A DNA stretch of 49,380 bases from the NCBI GenBank assembly GCA_038064075.1, contig JBBTTU010000002.1, positions 1 through 49,380 of the forward strand, given 5' to 3'. A model generated the notes under the pieces. The model was not told where the DNA came from, searched no databases, and was given only the letters and a program-made list of their open reading frames with translations. Of the stretch, positions 1-8,384 are shown one piece after another. The position numbers were made by a program, and so were the translations under genes. This DNA is from Patescibacteria group bacterium. GTDB lineage: Bacteria; Patescibacteriota; Minisyncoccia; HO2-45-28. Every line of letters starts with the position of its first letter. Positions within the stretch are counted from its first letter, which is position 1.

Positions 1-924
1 CTCGTAAAACTGGAGCGGATTTTTTTAAATCAAGGGATTAATTTATACGCAAAGCTGGAACAGTTTAATCTTGGCGGCAGCATAAAGGACCGGCCGGCCT
101 TGATGATGATTGAAGAAGCTCTACACGAAGGAAAGATAAAACAAGGTGCTACTATTATAGAATCAAGTTCCGGAAATATGGGTATAGCTCTTGCTTACGT
201 TTGTTTACGTTACGGGTTAAATTTTATCGCTGTAGTTGATCCGCGAACAACGGAGACAAATGTAAAAATTTTAAAGGCACTGGGGGCCAAAATTGAAATT
301 GTTGACTGGCGTGGTAAAACCACCGGTAGTTATTTGGAAGCCCGATTTGAGCGAGTTCAGCAATTACTCAATGAAATACCGAAAAGTTTCTGGCCAAATC
401 AACACGCAAATGAAAATAATCCTCGGGCACATCACCGAACCATGGAAGAGATTAATGAGACGTTACGAGGTAAAATTGATTATTTATTTTGTGCCGCAAG
501 TACTTGCGGCACATTACACGGTTGCTTTGAATACATAAAGGAAAAGAATCTAAATACCAGAATAATAGTTGTTGACGCAGAAGGAAGTGTAATTTTTGGC
601 GGGACAAGCGGTAACCGCTTAATCCCCGGTCATGGTTCGGCTATACGGCCAGCAATTTACCGCGAAGGAATGGCAGACAAGTGTGTATACGTAAATGACG
701 CCGAATGTGTTGCTGGCTGCCGCCTCCTTCTGAAAGAAGAAGCTATACTCGCCGGCGGTTCTTCTGGCGCAATAGTCAGCGGATTTGCGAAAGCAAAGAC
801 AGATATTCCGAAAAACTCAAATGTGGTGATAATTTTACCAGATCGAGGCGAAAGATACCTGGATACGATATACAATCCTAATTGGGTCAGTAAAAATTTA
901 GGAGAGATTCCTTCGCTATTATGA
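1..924 (+). CDS. sbnA: PLP-dependent cysteine-synthase-fold enzyme, SbnA-like (2,3-diaminopropionate pathway); 5' end cut by window edge
   Basis: Frame 1 is open from base 1 (LVKLERIF...LEQFNLGGSIKDRPA), so the listed 100..924 ORF is only the part after an internal Met. It has the GGSIKDR PLP-lysine motif and an SSGNMG loop. ATGA stop/start overlap with an SbnB-like gene. Confidence 0.75.
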   Translation, partial: LVKLERIFLNQGINLYAKLEQFNLGGSIKDRPALMMIEEALHEGKIKQGATIIESSSGNMGIALAYVCLRYGLNFIAVVDPRTTETNVKILKALGAKIEIVDWRGKTTGSYLEARFERVQQLLNEIPKSFWPNQHANENNPRAHHRTMEEINETLRGKIDYLFCAASTCGTLHGCFEYIKEKNLNTRIIVVDAEGSVIFGGTSGNRLIPGHGSAIRPAIYREGMADKCVYVNDAECVAGCRLLLKEEAILAGGSSGAIVSGFAKAKTDIPKNSNVVIILPDRGERYLDTIYNPNWVSKNLGEIPSLL

Positions 925-1958
925 AAAGCAACGGAAGCCGAGACAAAAATAGCTTGCATATTATATCCGGTAGTGATGTAGGCAAACTGCTCTTGGATAA
1001 AGAAAAGGAACTCATCAAACTGGTTCGCGCTGCCTACATTGCTCATCAAAAAGGAAAAAGCGAGCTTCCGCACTCCGTTTTTCTTGAATTTCCGTCAAAA
1101 TCTCAGAATAGAATTATCGGATTGCCTTCGTATATCGATAAAACGGCTGGGATTAAGTGGATAGCGTCATTTCCAAACAATATTAAAAAAGGAATAGATC
1201 GTGCTTCGGCGGCAATTATTCTTAATTCTTTAAATACTGGCCGACCGTACGCAATTCTTGAGGGATCGATCATAAGTGCAAAAAGAACGGCGGCCAGCGC
1301 CGCACTTGCCGCGACAATTTTATCAAAAGACAAACACAATATAAAAGATATAGCCCTTGTCGGATGCGGTTTTATTAACTTTGAGATTTTTAAATTCCTT
1401 ACTTCCCAATTTCCTTCTTTGAAATCAGCTAATTTATTTGATCTTAATCGCAAGCGCGCCAGTCTTTTTTCTAACAGGATAAAATCTATCAGTAATGTTA
1501 AAATTAAAATCAGCCACACAATAGAAGAATGTCTCCAATCATCGAAGATCATATCGTTTGCGACCACTGCTTCAACCCCACACATAACGGCTAAATCAAT
1601 TTTGCCAAAGGAATCAATCATTCTTCATGTTTCGTTACGAGATATCGATCCTTATATTATAAAAAATAGTGTTAACATTGTTGACGATCTCATGCACGTG
1701 AACAGAGAAAATACAAGCATTCATTTGGCATCTAAGAAGTACGGCAATGCTAATTTTGTTACCGCTTCGCTTGGCGAACTTCTTCTTGGACAAAAGAAAC
1801 TTCCTGACTATCCGCGTCCAATCATTTTTTCTCCTTTCGGACTCGGAATTTTAGATATCCAATTAGCAAAATTTTTATATGAGCAGGCGATTAAAAAAGA
1901 TGCGGGAATCTTAATTAAAGACTTTATACCGCCAAATTGGCATGAAAGATCATACTAA
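921..1958 (+). CDS. sbnB: Ornithine cyclodeaminase/mu-crystallin family dehydrogenase, SbnB-like
   Basis: 345 aa. Contains AGIKWIASFPNN...RASAAIILN...EGSIISAKRTAASAALAA, which matches my memory of the SbnB signature. Translationally coupled to the upstream SbnA-like gene (ATGA at 921-924). Confidence 0.8.
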   Translation: MKSNGSRDKNSLHIISGSDVGKLLLDKEKELIKLVRAAYIAHQKGKSELPHSVFLEFPSKSQNRIIGLPSYIDKTAGIKWIASFPNNIKKGIDRASAAIILNSLNTGRPYAILEGSIISAKRTAASAALAATILSKDKHNIKDIALVGCGFINFEIFKFLTSQFPSLKSANLFDLNRKRASLFSNRIKSISNVKIKISHTIEECLQSSKIISFATTASTPHITAKSILPKESIILHVSLRDIDPYIIKNSVNIVDDLMHVNRENTSIHLASKKYGNANFVTASLGELLLGQKKLPDYPRPIIFSPFGLGILDIQLAKFLYEQAIKKDAGILIKDFIPPNWHERSY

Positions 1959-3360
1959 AAACAACTTGTTTAAGAATTTGCACGCATCCAGCGGGGCAAA
2001 AATTATTACAAAGTCCGTTCCGGGGCCAAAATCAATTGCGCTTCTAAAAAAGCAAAATGAGCTTGAAAGCAATAACAGGTCATATCCAAGAGAAATACCG
2101 ATTGCCCTTCAAAGAGGCAGAGGGGCAATTATAGAAGATGTGGATAGTAATAAGTTTATAGATTTTCTTTCTGGCTGTGGAATTTTTAATTTAGGGCATA
2201 ATAACCCTTTTATCACTGAAGCGATTAAAAACCACGACGATATCATTACTCAAGCAGTTGATTTTCCAACCAAGATAAGAATTAATTTTGTAGAGCGGCT
2301 TAATTCGGTGCTGCCTAAAACCATTCGCAATAAGATGAAAGTAAATTTTGGCGGGCCGACTGGTTCAGATGTTGTTGAAGCGGCTATTAAATTGGCGCGG
2401 ATAGTCACAGGCAGACACTCTATCATAGCTTTTCAGGGCGGCTATCACGGAATGACGATGGGTGCGTTAAGCGTAACCAGCAAGCTCTCGCACCGCAAAG
2501 TAGCTCCACCGCTTATTCCAGGAATACACTTTTTACCATTTTGCAGTTCATATCGTTGTCCTTTTGCTAATACTAATTCACCTTGTTCCGGCGAATGTAT
2601 GCGATATTTCGAGTTTTGTCTTGAAAATCCGTACTCCGGCATAGACAAACCAGCCGCCATTATTATTGAACCAATCCAAGGAGAAGGAGGAACTTACATA
2701 CCGAGCAACGGGTGGCTTGAAAGAATAACTGAAATAGCAAGAAAAAATGATATTCTTGTAATTTTTGACGAAATACAAACCGGTTTTTATAGAACAGGGA
2801 AAATGTTTGCCTTTGAACACACAGACGCGGATCCGGACATCATCACAATGTCAAAAGGCATTGGGGGCAATGGATACCCGTTATCCTTAATCCTGTACAA
2901 AAAAGAGCTTGATGTGTGGGAGCCCGGAACGCATATTGGGACGTTCCGCGGAAATCAAATCGCTATGGCGGCTGGCCTAGCGGCAATGGAATTCATTGAA
3001 AAGCATGATGTTTTGTCGCATGTCTTAGATATCAGCAACGAGATGAAGAGCAAGCTGGAAAAAATCAAGGAGTCATCGCAGTATATTGGAGACGTGCGTG
3101 GCATAGGTATGATGTTTGGCATTGAATTGGTAAAAGATAAAAACACAAAAGAACCCTTCCCTGAAGCAACTAAGTTATTGAGAAAATTGTGTTACGAAAA
3201 CGGACTGATTGTAGAAATCGGCGGATACTACAACAACGTTATAAGATTTTTGCCGCCGCTTACTCTCACAAAAGAAATCGCTGAAAATGGACTAGGTATT
3301 TTTGCCGATGCGAATAAAGCAATGGAAGTTTCTATTGCTTTACTGGATACACCGCGATAA
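1942..3360 (+). CDS. Class III PLP aminotransferase, diaminobutyrate-2-oxoglutarate transaminase-like
   Basis: 472 aa. Has the N-terminal ESNNRSYPREIPIAL..GRGAIIEDVDSNKFIDFLSGCGIFNLGHNNP pattern typical of EctB/PvdH-type DABA aminotransferases, and ITMSKGIGG carrying the PLP lysine. Overlaps the sbnB-like 3' end by 17 nt. Confidence 0.8.
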   Translation: MKDHTKNNLFKNLHASSGAKIITKSVPGPKSIALLKKQNELESNNRSYPREIPIALQRGRGAIIEDVDSNKFIDFLSGCGIFNLGHNNPFITEAIKNHDDIITQAVDFPTKIRINFVERLNSVLPKTIRNKMKVNFGGPTGSDVVEAAIKLARIVTGRHSIIAFQGGYHGMTMGALSVTSKLSHRKVAPPLIPGIHFLPFCSSYRCPFANTNSPCSGECMRYFEFCLENPYSGIDKPAAIIIEPIQGEGGTYIPSNGWLERITEIARKNDILVIFDEIQTGFYRTGKMFAFEHTDADPDIITMSKGIGGNGYPLSLILYKKELDVWEPGTHIGTFRGNQIAMAAGLAAMEFIEKHDVLSHVLDISNEMKSKLEKIKESSQYIGDVRGIGMMFGIELVKDKNTKEPFPEATKLLRKLCYENGLIVEIGGYYNNVIRFLPPLTLTKEIAENGLGIFADANKAMEVSIALLDTPR

Positions 3361-3853
3361 GTTGGCGAATAATCATATCGTTCCAGAAATTGATATGGGC
3401 CGGTTTGAAGTCAAACCAGACACGCATAAAGTCATCTCGCTCTAATTTTCGCAAGCCGCCAATTTCAGGGTCTTGTAAATAAATGTGGGTATTGTCAAGG
3501 CCGACTACTACCGAGTAATGTCCATCTGGAACTTCTTGGTCGCTATAATCTGAACGACCTCGGGTAAACCAGTTAACAATAACTGGCACGCGGCGGTCAA
3601 GCCACTTTTGAATGGAACCAAACGAAGCGTTATTTTCAATCTCAACCTTCAAACCGTAGAATTCAGCAGCTTTTTTAAGAGACATGTCATCAGTACCAAG
3701 GTCAGGATCACGATTAGAGACAACCGCCACTTCTTCTTCGCTTTTGTTAATGCCCCAATATTCAAACACCATTTTCAAGCTTGCCGGCCCACAATAACCG
3801 CCGTGAAGAGTTTCCTGAAAAGGTTTAATTGTGAGCAGATTTTTATTATTCAT
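3332..3853 (-). CDS. C39-like papain-fold cysteine peptidase domain protein (stand-alone)
   Basis: 173 aa. HGGYCGPASLKMV gives the nucleophile Cys context and DGHYSVVVGLD the His. No signal peptide and no ABC-transporter fusion. Convergent 29-nt overlap with the aminotransferase 3' end. Confidence 0.55.
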   Translation of the reverse strand: MNNKNLLTIKPFQETLHGGYCGPASLKMVFEYWGINKSEEEVAVVSNRDPDLGTDDMSLKKAAEFYGLKVEIENNASFGSIQKWLDRRVPVIVNWFTRGRSDYSDQEVPDGHYSVVVGLDNTHIYLQDPEIGGLRKLERDDFMRVWFDFKPAHINFWNDMIIRQLIAVYPVKQ

Positions 3854-3869
3854 TGGTTGATTTTAACAT

Positions 3870-5222
3870 TTAATGCTCATTGAGACAATATTTCGCTCTC
3901 TGCGATAAATAGAGAGCATCCTTCTTATTTTTCCCAATCGTTATAATTCCAATAATCGATCTATTCAGACTTATAAAAGAAATAATTATCCCTCTTTTAC
4001 GATTTTCAATCGGATAAAGAACGTCATGCAACCGCGCTAAAAGTTCTTCTGGCTTTTGAGTCGGCATGTTGTAACGAAACGAATCGTTAGAAATAACATA
4101 TGCGTTGCTTCCGCTGATACCAAGATAGGACATTATGTGATATACATGCGTGCCTCCGGTCATCCTGGCGTTGCTTTCAAGAACATATAAACCTCCGTCT
4201 TTACCAGCAGCAAAATCAACGTCAAATACTCCGCGGTACCCTTTTGAGTAAAGTTCATTACCTATTGTACCCATGCCAATTCTCATACTTGAATTTACGG
4301 AGTCGGGAATGATATCATTACTAAAAACAACGCCTTCAAAAGAGCCATTTCTAGTAACTTCTTGCCCGCAGTTATAATCAAAAATAAAACCCTTATCAGT
4401 TATGTGTCCTTCGCCCGATGGAAAGCCACCCCCAGTTGTTTTATCAACCGATATGAATTGTTCAACAACATATGGAGCGAAGTTCCATATAAGATCTGAT
4501 GCAAACAATTCGCGTAACCAATTCTTTATTTTACTCTCCGTGAATTTTTGAACTGCGTCATCATCTATAATTTTGACGCCCCAGCCGGATTCGCCGTTGT
4601 GAACTTTAATGACAAAACCGGCGCCGGCGTTCAAGAAAAAGGATATTGCTTTGGCGACATCAGCTTCGGTTTTACATATAAAGCCGATGGGGAGTTTGAT
4701 ATTCTTTCTCGGAAATAGATTTGCGACCATCTCTCGAAATCCATTCTTTGAATCTATTTCTCTTACCACATCAAGCGGATTTGTCGTTCTGGGTAAGTTA
4801 ACGACATGCCACCCAGCGATTCTTTCTTCCAAAAATCGAAGCAAGTTTAGGTAATCTTCCGTAGCAGAATAAGACGAAACTTTTACATCTTTATTTGATT
4901 GAAAAACTTGAATAAGAGCCTCTATCAATTCTGGATCATCAAGAATAGAATTGCATAAACGAACATCGGGATTTTTGGGCCACAAGTTTTTGATGTTTCT
5001 GTATCCCACTTTAGCAATGTTGTGTTTCAAAAGATCTTCTGGAATGGGAGTTGGAGTAATAATAATTTTATTATCTCCGCCCCAAAGTTGCCCTCTTTGA
5101 GAGAGATCTATTTCTTGCTGAACTCTATCTTGTTGGATAGCGTTGCCTAACGCTGCCCGCTCAAGTAAATTAGCGAAGGCCTCGGCTGTGTTGGCTATAA
5201 ATATTTCTTTAATACTTTGCAT
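3870..5222 (-). CDS. ATP-grasp family ligase (unknown substrate)
   Basis: 450 aa. GFVIKVHNGESGWGV and YVLESNARMTGG resemble ATP-grasp nucleotide and Mg-binding segments. Assignment is from motif memory only. Confidence 0.6.
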   Translation of the reverse strand: MQSIKEIFIANTAEAFANLLERAALGNAIQQDRVQQEIDLSQRGQLWGGDNKIIITPTPIPEDLLKHNIAKVGYRNIKNLWPKNPDVRLCNSILDDPELIEALIQVFQSNKDVKVSSYSATEDYLNLLRFLEERIAGWHVVNLPRTTNPLDVVREIDSKNGFREMVANLFPRKNIKLPIGFICKTEADVAKAISFFLNAGAGFVIKVHNGESGWGVKIIDDDAVQKFTESKIKNWLRELFASDLIWNFAPYVVEQFISVDKTTGGGFPSGEGHITDKGFIFDYNCGQEVTRNGSFEGVVFSNDIIPDSVNSSMRIGMGTIGNELYSKGYRGVFDVDFAAGKDGGLYVLESNARMTGGTHVYHIMSYLGISGSNAYVISNDSFRYNMPTQKPEELLARLHDVLYPIENRKRGIIISFISLNRSIIGIITIGKNKKDALYLSQRAKYCLNEH

Positions 5223-5224
5223 GT

Positions 5225-5260
5225 TTAAAAAGAAAGGGGGTGCACGGATTCTGCACCCCC
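5225..5260 (-). terminator. Rho-independent terminator-like hairpin downstream of the Ddl-like gene
   Basis: GGGGGTGCA (5236-5244) / TGCACCCCC (5252-5260) form a 9-bp GC-rich stem with a 7-nt loop. On the minus strand it is followed by TTTCTTTTT. Confidence 0.55.
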
Positions 5261-5264
5261 TATG

Positions 5265-6269
5265 TTACACCAGATATTCACGTTGCGCAGCCGTCAGAAT
5301 GATTCTTTCGATAAGGTCCTCAAAAGAACACTCTTCAAACGACGCCATCTTCGTGAGCGTGTTGTTCAGACCGTGAGTATTCGGCCCTACGCCAGGGTTA
5401 TAGTTCACTTCGAGCAGGTAGATTTTCCCGTCGCTGGCGATTCGGAAGTCCATGCGGGCGTAATCTCTGCACTCTGTGGCTATGAATATGCGCCTGACAT
5501 ATTTGGCAAGTAGCGCTGACGTTTCCGATGAAAGAACCGCTTCTGCCATCTGCTCTTTCTTTCCGCCCCACTTGTACTCATACGAGCGAATCTGCTCGTA
5601 GGGAGTTCTTGCTTCAGCGAAAAGGAATTCAAGCGTAGGAAGCACGTGGAGGTTCTGGCCGTTTCCAATGATGCCGACGGAAATTTCTCTGCCGACGACG
5701 AACGACTCGACAATTGCCGGCTGACGATAAAGACGGATCACTTCCTTCGTTTTGCGCTGTAAGGATTCCGAGTCTCTTACAACGCTGTCATGGCGAATCC
5801 CGATACTGGCTTCTTCCCTGATGGGCTTTACAATCAACGGAAACGCTAGGTTTTGACTCAGTGATCCCGTTCCATCTCGGAAGATTTGATAGGCCGGAGT
5901 TAGTACTCCGTTCGCCAGCGCAATCAGTTTTGTTTGTGCTTTGTCTAGTGTGATTGTCATGTTGTGCGCCGTCGCTCCCGTGAAAGGAATCTCCAGCGCC
6001 TCAAGCATAGTTGGTACCAACACTTCGTTACTGTTGGTGCCCCCGAACGCCTCGGCCAAATTGAGAACCAGATCGAAAGATGGTCTCTTTGCCTTCAGGT
6101 TCTCCCATAACGAGTAATTTGTCTCAAGGGTTTCAACTTCGTATCCCTTGGCTCGCAAGAGCGTTGCCACGATCGGGACAATGATTTGAATTTCCTGTTC
6201 GCAAACCATGTCCAGCTCGTCGCCCTTTTTTATCGTGGTGGCAACGTTGTAGAGAATCAAAATTCTCAT
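5265..6269 (-). CDS. D-alanine--D-alanine ligase-family ATP-grasp enzyme
   Basis: 334 aa. Has an MRILILYN pre-ATP-grasp N-terminus and YLLEVNYNPG (the E-x-N Mg site of Ddl/RimK-type enzymes). Visibly more GC-rich than its neighbours. Confidence 0.7.
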   Translation of the reverse strand: MRILILYNVATTIKKGDELDMVCEQEIQIIVPIVATLLRAKGYEVETLETNYSLWENLKAKRPSFDLVLNLAEAFGGTNSNEVLVPTMLEALEIPFTGATAHNMTITLDKAQTKLIALANGVLTPAYQIFRDGTGSLSQNLAFPLIVKPIREEASIGIRHDSVVRDSESLQRKTKEVIRLYRQPAIVESFVVGREISVGIIGNGQNLHVLPTLEFLFAEARTPYEQIRSYEYKWGGKKEQMAEAVLSSETSALLAKYVRRIFIATECRDYARMDFRIASDGKIYLLEVNYNPGVGPNTHGLNNTLTKMASFEECSFEDLIERIILTAAQREYLV

Positions 6270-6407
6270 CTTTTCTCCCTCCCTGTTTGATAACTTTCCT
6301 CACGATTAAAGAAAGTTAAAATTGTTAAAAAAACTTTCAAATCAAATTTTCTGTATTATACACCCTATTTCCAAAAATGTCAAATTACTTAGGTAATGTG
6401 CATACAC

Positions 6408-6444
6408 ATTTTGCGGTTTTTAGTTTAACTAAAAACCGCAAAAT
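6408..6444. repeat. Perfect 37-nt palindrome (18-bp arms around a central T) in a divergent intergenic region
   Basis: ATTTTGCGGTTTTTAGTT T AACTAAAAACCGCAAAAT, checked base by base. Lies upstream of a TACAAT -10-like hexamer and the pilB ATG. Confidence 0.6.
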
Positions 6445-6487
6445 ATCCCTTCCTAAAACAATAATTTCAGGCTACAATGAAATAACA

Positions 6488-8158
6488 ATGGCCGAAAACA
6501 ACGCAAACTTTCAAGCTAAACTTGAAAAATTCCGCGAAAAAGAAGCCGAGGATCTGGCCCGGATGCTGGCTCAAAAACACGGCCTGCCCTACGCCGATCT
6601 TTCGCTGATGACCATTGATCTGGATGCTTTAAAATTAGTCGCCGAGCCTGAAGCCAAAGCAAGCAAAACAGCCGTTTTCCAAAAAGTCGGCAAAAGGCTG
6701 CAGGTTGCGGTTTTAAACCCGGATTTGCTGAAAACCAAAGATATTTTGGAGGACTTGGCGCGCAAAGGATACCAAACCGAACTTTTTCTGGTTTCGGAAG
6801 AAGGATTAAAGCGGGCTTGGTCGCGATACAAAGAAATTCCGGCTTTTGAAGAAATTGAAACCGGACTGATTGATGTTTCTTCGGCCCGGCTTGAAGAGTT
6901 TCAAAGCCAATCCAAAAATATCCAAGCTTTTCAAAAACTGATGGCGCCTTATGTCCAGGCTCAAAACATAAGAAAAGTTTCGGAAATTGTTGAAGCCATT
7001 CTGGCCGGCGCTTTGGCGCTTGACGCCTCTGACATTCACCTTGAACCGGAAGAAAAAAAAATGAAAATACGTCTTCGCTTGGACGGCGTTTTGCACGAAG
7101 TGATTGATTTTAATCTCAAAGCCTATAATCTGGTCCTCTCGCGAATCAAACTTCTGGCTGAAATGAAGCTCAATGTCCATGACCGGGCCCAAGACGGCCG
7201 CTTCACCATCAGAACCAAAGGTCAGGATATGGAAGTCAGAACTTCATCTCTGCCCGGTCCGTTCGGCGAAACCATGGTTTTAAGGGTGCTTAACCCGAAA
7301 ACAATCGCTTTGACTCTGGAGAATCTCGGCATGCATCCCGAATTTTTAAAAACAATAGAACAGGAACTGAAGCGGCCGAACGGAATGATATTGACAACCG
7401 GCCCGACCGGATCGGGAAAAACAACGACTCTTTACGCTTTTGTCAAAAAAATAAACGAACCGGGCGTTAAAATCATAACCATAGAAGATCCGATTGAATA
7501 CCACATCGCCGGCATCAGCCAGACTCAGGTTGACGCTCCCAAAGGCTATACTTTTTCCAACGGCTTAAGGTCAATTTTGCGCCAAGATCCCGATATTATT
7601 CTGGTCGGCGAAATCCGAGACCTGGAAACAGCCGAAATCGCCATGCACGCCGCCCTTACCGGACATCTGGTCTTTTCAACCCTTCACACCAATAACGCCG
7701 CCGGCACCATTCCGCGCTTAATTGATTTAAAAACCGATCCGGCCATCATCGCTCCGGCAATTAATGTCGCCATGGCTCAAAGGCTGATCCGCCGGCTTTG
7801 TCCGGATTGCAAAAAGAAAGAAAACCCGAACGCCGAAGAAAAGAAAATAATAGAACGCTCGCTTAAAGACACTCCCGAAAAATACAAAAAAAATCTGCCA
7901 AAAGAAATTAAGCTTTGGCGTCCGGCCGGCTGCGAAACCTGCAATCAAATCGGCTACAAAGGCCGGGTCGGTATTTACGAAGCCTTTTTGGTGGATGATC
8001 AGGTTGAAAAACTGGTCTTGAAGCGGCCGTCCGAAGCTGATTTAAAAAATGAAATGAAAAGACAGGAAATGATAACAATGTTTCAGGACGGCATTTTGAG
8101 GGTTGTAACCGGAATAACATCGCTGGAAGAATTGATAAGAGTAAGCGGCCGGGAATAA
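6488..8158 (+). CDS. pilB: Type II/IV secretion / type IV pilus assembly ATPase (GspE/PilB family)
   Basis: Walker A GPTGSGKTTT, DPDIILVGEIRD, His box GHLVFSTLHTN, and tetracysteine CPDC...CETC. Start moved from 6377 to ATG 6488 (MAENNANF) because the upstream 37 codons run through the palindrome and promoter-like region. Confidence 0.88.
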   Translation: MAENNANFQAKLEKFREKEAEDLARMLAQKHGLPYADLSLMTIDLDALKLVAEPEAKASKTAVFQKVGKRLQVAVLNPDLLKTKDILEDLARKGYQTELFLVSEEGLKRAWSRYKEIPAFEEIETGLIDVSSARLEEFQSQSKNIQAFQKLMAPYVQAQNIRKVSEIVEAILAGALALDASDIHLEPEEKKMKIRLRLDGVLHEVIDFNLKAYNLVLSRIKLLAEMKLNVHDRAQDGRFTIRTKGQDMEVRTSSLPGPFGETMVLRVLNPKTIALTLENLGMHPEFLKTIEQELKRPNGMILTTGPTGSGKTTTLYAFVKKINEPGVKIITIEDPIEYHIAGISQTQVDAPKGYTFSNGLRSILRQDPDIILVGEIRDLETAEIAMHAALTGHLVFSTLHTNNAAGTIPRLIDLKTDPAIIAPAINVAMAQRLIRRLCPDCKKKENPNAEEKKIIERSLKDTPEKYKKNLPKEIKLWRPAGCETCNQIGYKGRVGIYEAFLVDDQVEKLVLKRPSEADLKNEMKRQEMITMFQDGILRVVTGITSLEELIRVSGRE

Positions 8159-8324
8159 AAAACGCCGCAAAGTCTCTAGGCAATAGCTTGAGGCATGGGA
8201 ACCGCAAGCTTCCAGTTTACCTTAAGGATCGGCCGAGCTTGATCCTTAACCAGAAGGGAACCAAGCCGTCTTTGAGATAAACCAAAAAATATTTAACTGT
8301 TGCCTAGAGGCTTTGCGGCGTTTT
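8159..8324 (+). ncRNA. Candidate structured RNA or MITE-like element, class unknown
   Basis: 25-nt terminal inverted repeats AAAACGCCGCAAAGTCTCTAGGCAA / TTGCCTAGAGGCTTTGCGGCGTTTT give 24 Watson-Crick pairs plus one pair that is G-U only on the + strand. Internal hairpins are GCTTG..CAAGC and TTAAGGATC..GATCCTTAA. GGGAACC occurs twice. The element ends in TTTT. Confidence 0.35.
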
Positions 8325-8384
8325 AAGGTTTATAATGAATATATAAATATATAAATTGAATTCTGCAATAGTTTAGCAAATAAA

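Noticed and set aside
6377-6487. N-terminal 37 codons of the pilB ORF
   Set aside because: They cover the 37-nt palindrome and a -10-like TACAAT. The GspE/PilB-like sequence begins at Met38.
8159-8324. Assignment of the structured element to SRP RNA, 6S RNA, tmRNA, RNase P RNA or a known riboswitch
   Set aside because: I could not find the SRP domain IV motif, a tRNA-like 3' end, the RNase P GAGGAAAGUCC box or any riboswitch core I know. It is left unclassified.
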